Positions 63,876 to 64,000 of a DNA stretch of 64,000 bases are shown here, piece by piece. Every line of letters starts with the position of its first letter. The stretch's first letter is position 1. The notes beneath the pieces were generated by a model. It was given only the letters and a program-made list of their open reading frames with translations. It ran no database searches and was not told where the DNA came from. A program made the translations under genes and the position numbers. Source of the DNA: Actinomycetes bacterium (GTDB lineage: Bacteria; Actinomycetota; Actinomycetes; S36-B12); NCBI GenBank assembly GCA_965278945.1, contig OZ257128.1:1261982-1325981 (forward strand), read 5' to 3'.

Positions 63876-64000
63876 TTAGGCGCGGGCGAGGGTGCCGAGG
63901 TAGAGCTGGATCACCTTGGGATCGGTGGCCAGTTCCTTGCCGGTGCCGGTGTACGCGTTGCGGCCCTGGTCGAGCACGTAGCCGCGGTCGCAGATCTGCA
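63876..64000 (-). CDS. livF: branched-chain amino acid ABC transporter ATP-binding protein, C-terminal fragment (gene continues beyond window end)
   Basis: Own translation of the minus strand: ...QICDRGYVLDQGRNAYTGTGKELATDPKVIQLYLGTLARA*, typical of a LivF-type C-terminus. Stop TAA at 63876-63878. Confidence 0.7.
   Translation of the reverse strand, partial: QICDRGYVLDQGRNAYTGTGKELATDPKVIQLYLGTLARA

Overview
High-GC (roughly 68-70%) actinobacterial chromosome segment. All calls come from reading the sequence and the ORF track; no BLAST, HMM or tRNAscan was run, so functions rest on recognised family motifs.

Core block (about 9.6-50.7 kb). This is conserved housekeeping, almost all on the + strand, with many ATGA/GTGA start-stop overlaps. 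In order:
- tRNA-Val(CAC), thrS, HIT, and an EF-G-like GTPase on the opposite strand
- pgsA, acyltransferase and pimA (phosphatidylinositol-mannoside entry genes)
- pdxS, pdxT, yebC, WS/DGAT
- a LexA-type box followed by ruvC, ruvA, ruvB
- yajC, secD, secF, apt, relA, DUF349, cyclophilin, MBL hydrolase
- hisS, aspS, GNAT, an IS30-family insertion, a TPR protein, rarA
- alaS, ruvX, mltG, aroE, aroC, aroK, aroB, aroQ, an M24 peptidase, efp, nusB

Left end (1-9.6 kb):
- a split chrB plus chrA chromate-resistance operon next to an excisionase/integrase pair that abuts tRNA-Val(GAC), likely the right edge of a genomic island
- tRNA-Cys, tRNA-Gly and a DUF5302 gene
- pabB-pabC
- two tandem 527-codon secreted Ig-like paralogues

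Right end (50.7-64 kb) is accessory and the most interesting part:
- (i) a lipoprotein cassette bracketed by a 64-bp inverted repeat
- (ii) a 9.6-kb integrase-bounded phage-like element with 23-bp att repeats, inserted at an atypical 74-nt tRNA(CAA). It carries only a capsid gene and a tape-measure gene as structural genes. It also has an internal iteron-like cluster, a divergent switch region, a thrice-repeated 19-bp motif, and an aberrant tRNA-Gly-like gene with a tRNA fragment scar.
- (iii) an ANTAR response regulator (PdtaR-like)
- (iv) a LivJ-type lipoprotein that looks circularly permuted
- (v) a 64-bp MITE-like hairpin whose arms match the IS30 terminal repeats
- (vi) the 3' end of a livF-like gene

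No rRNA and no CRISPR array were seen.
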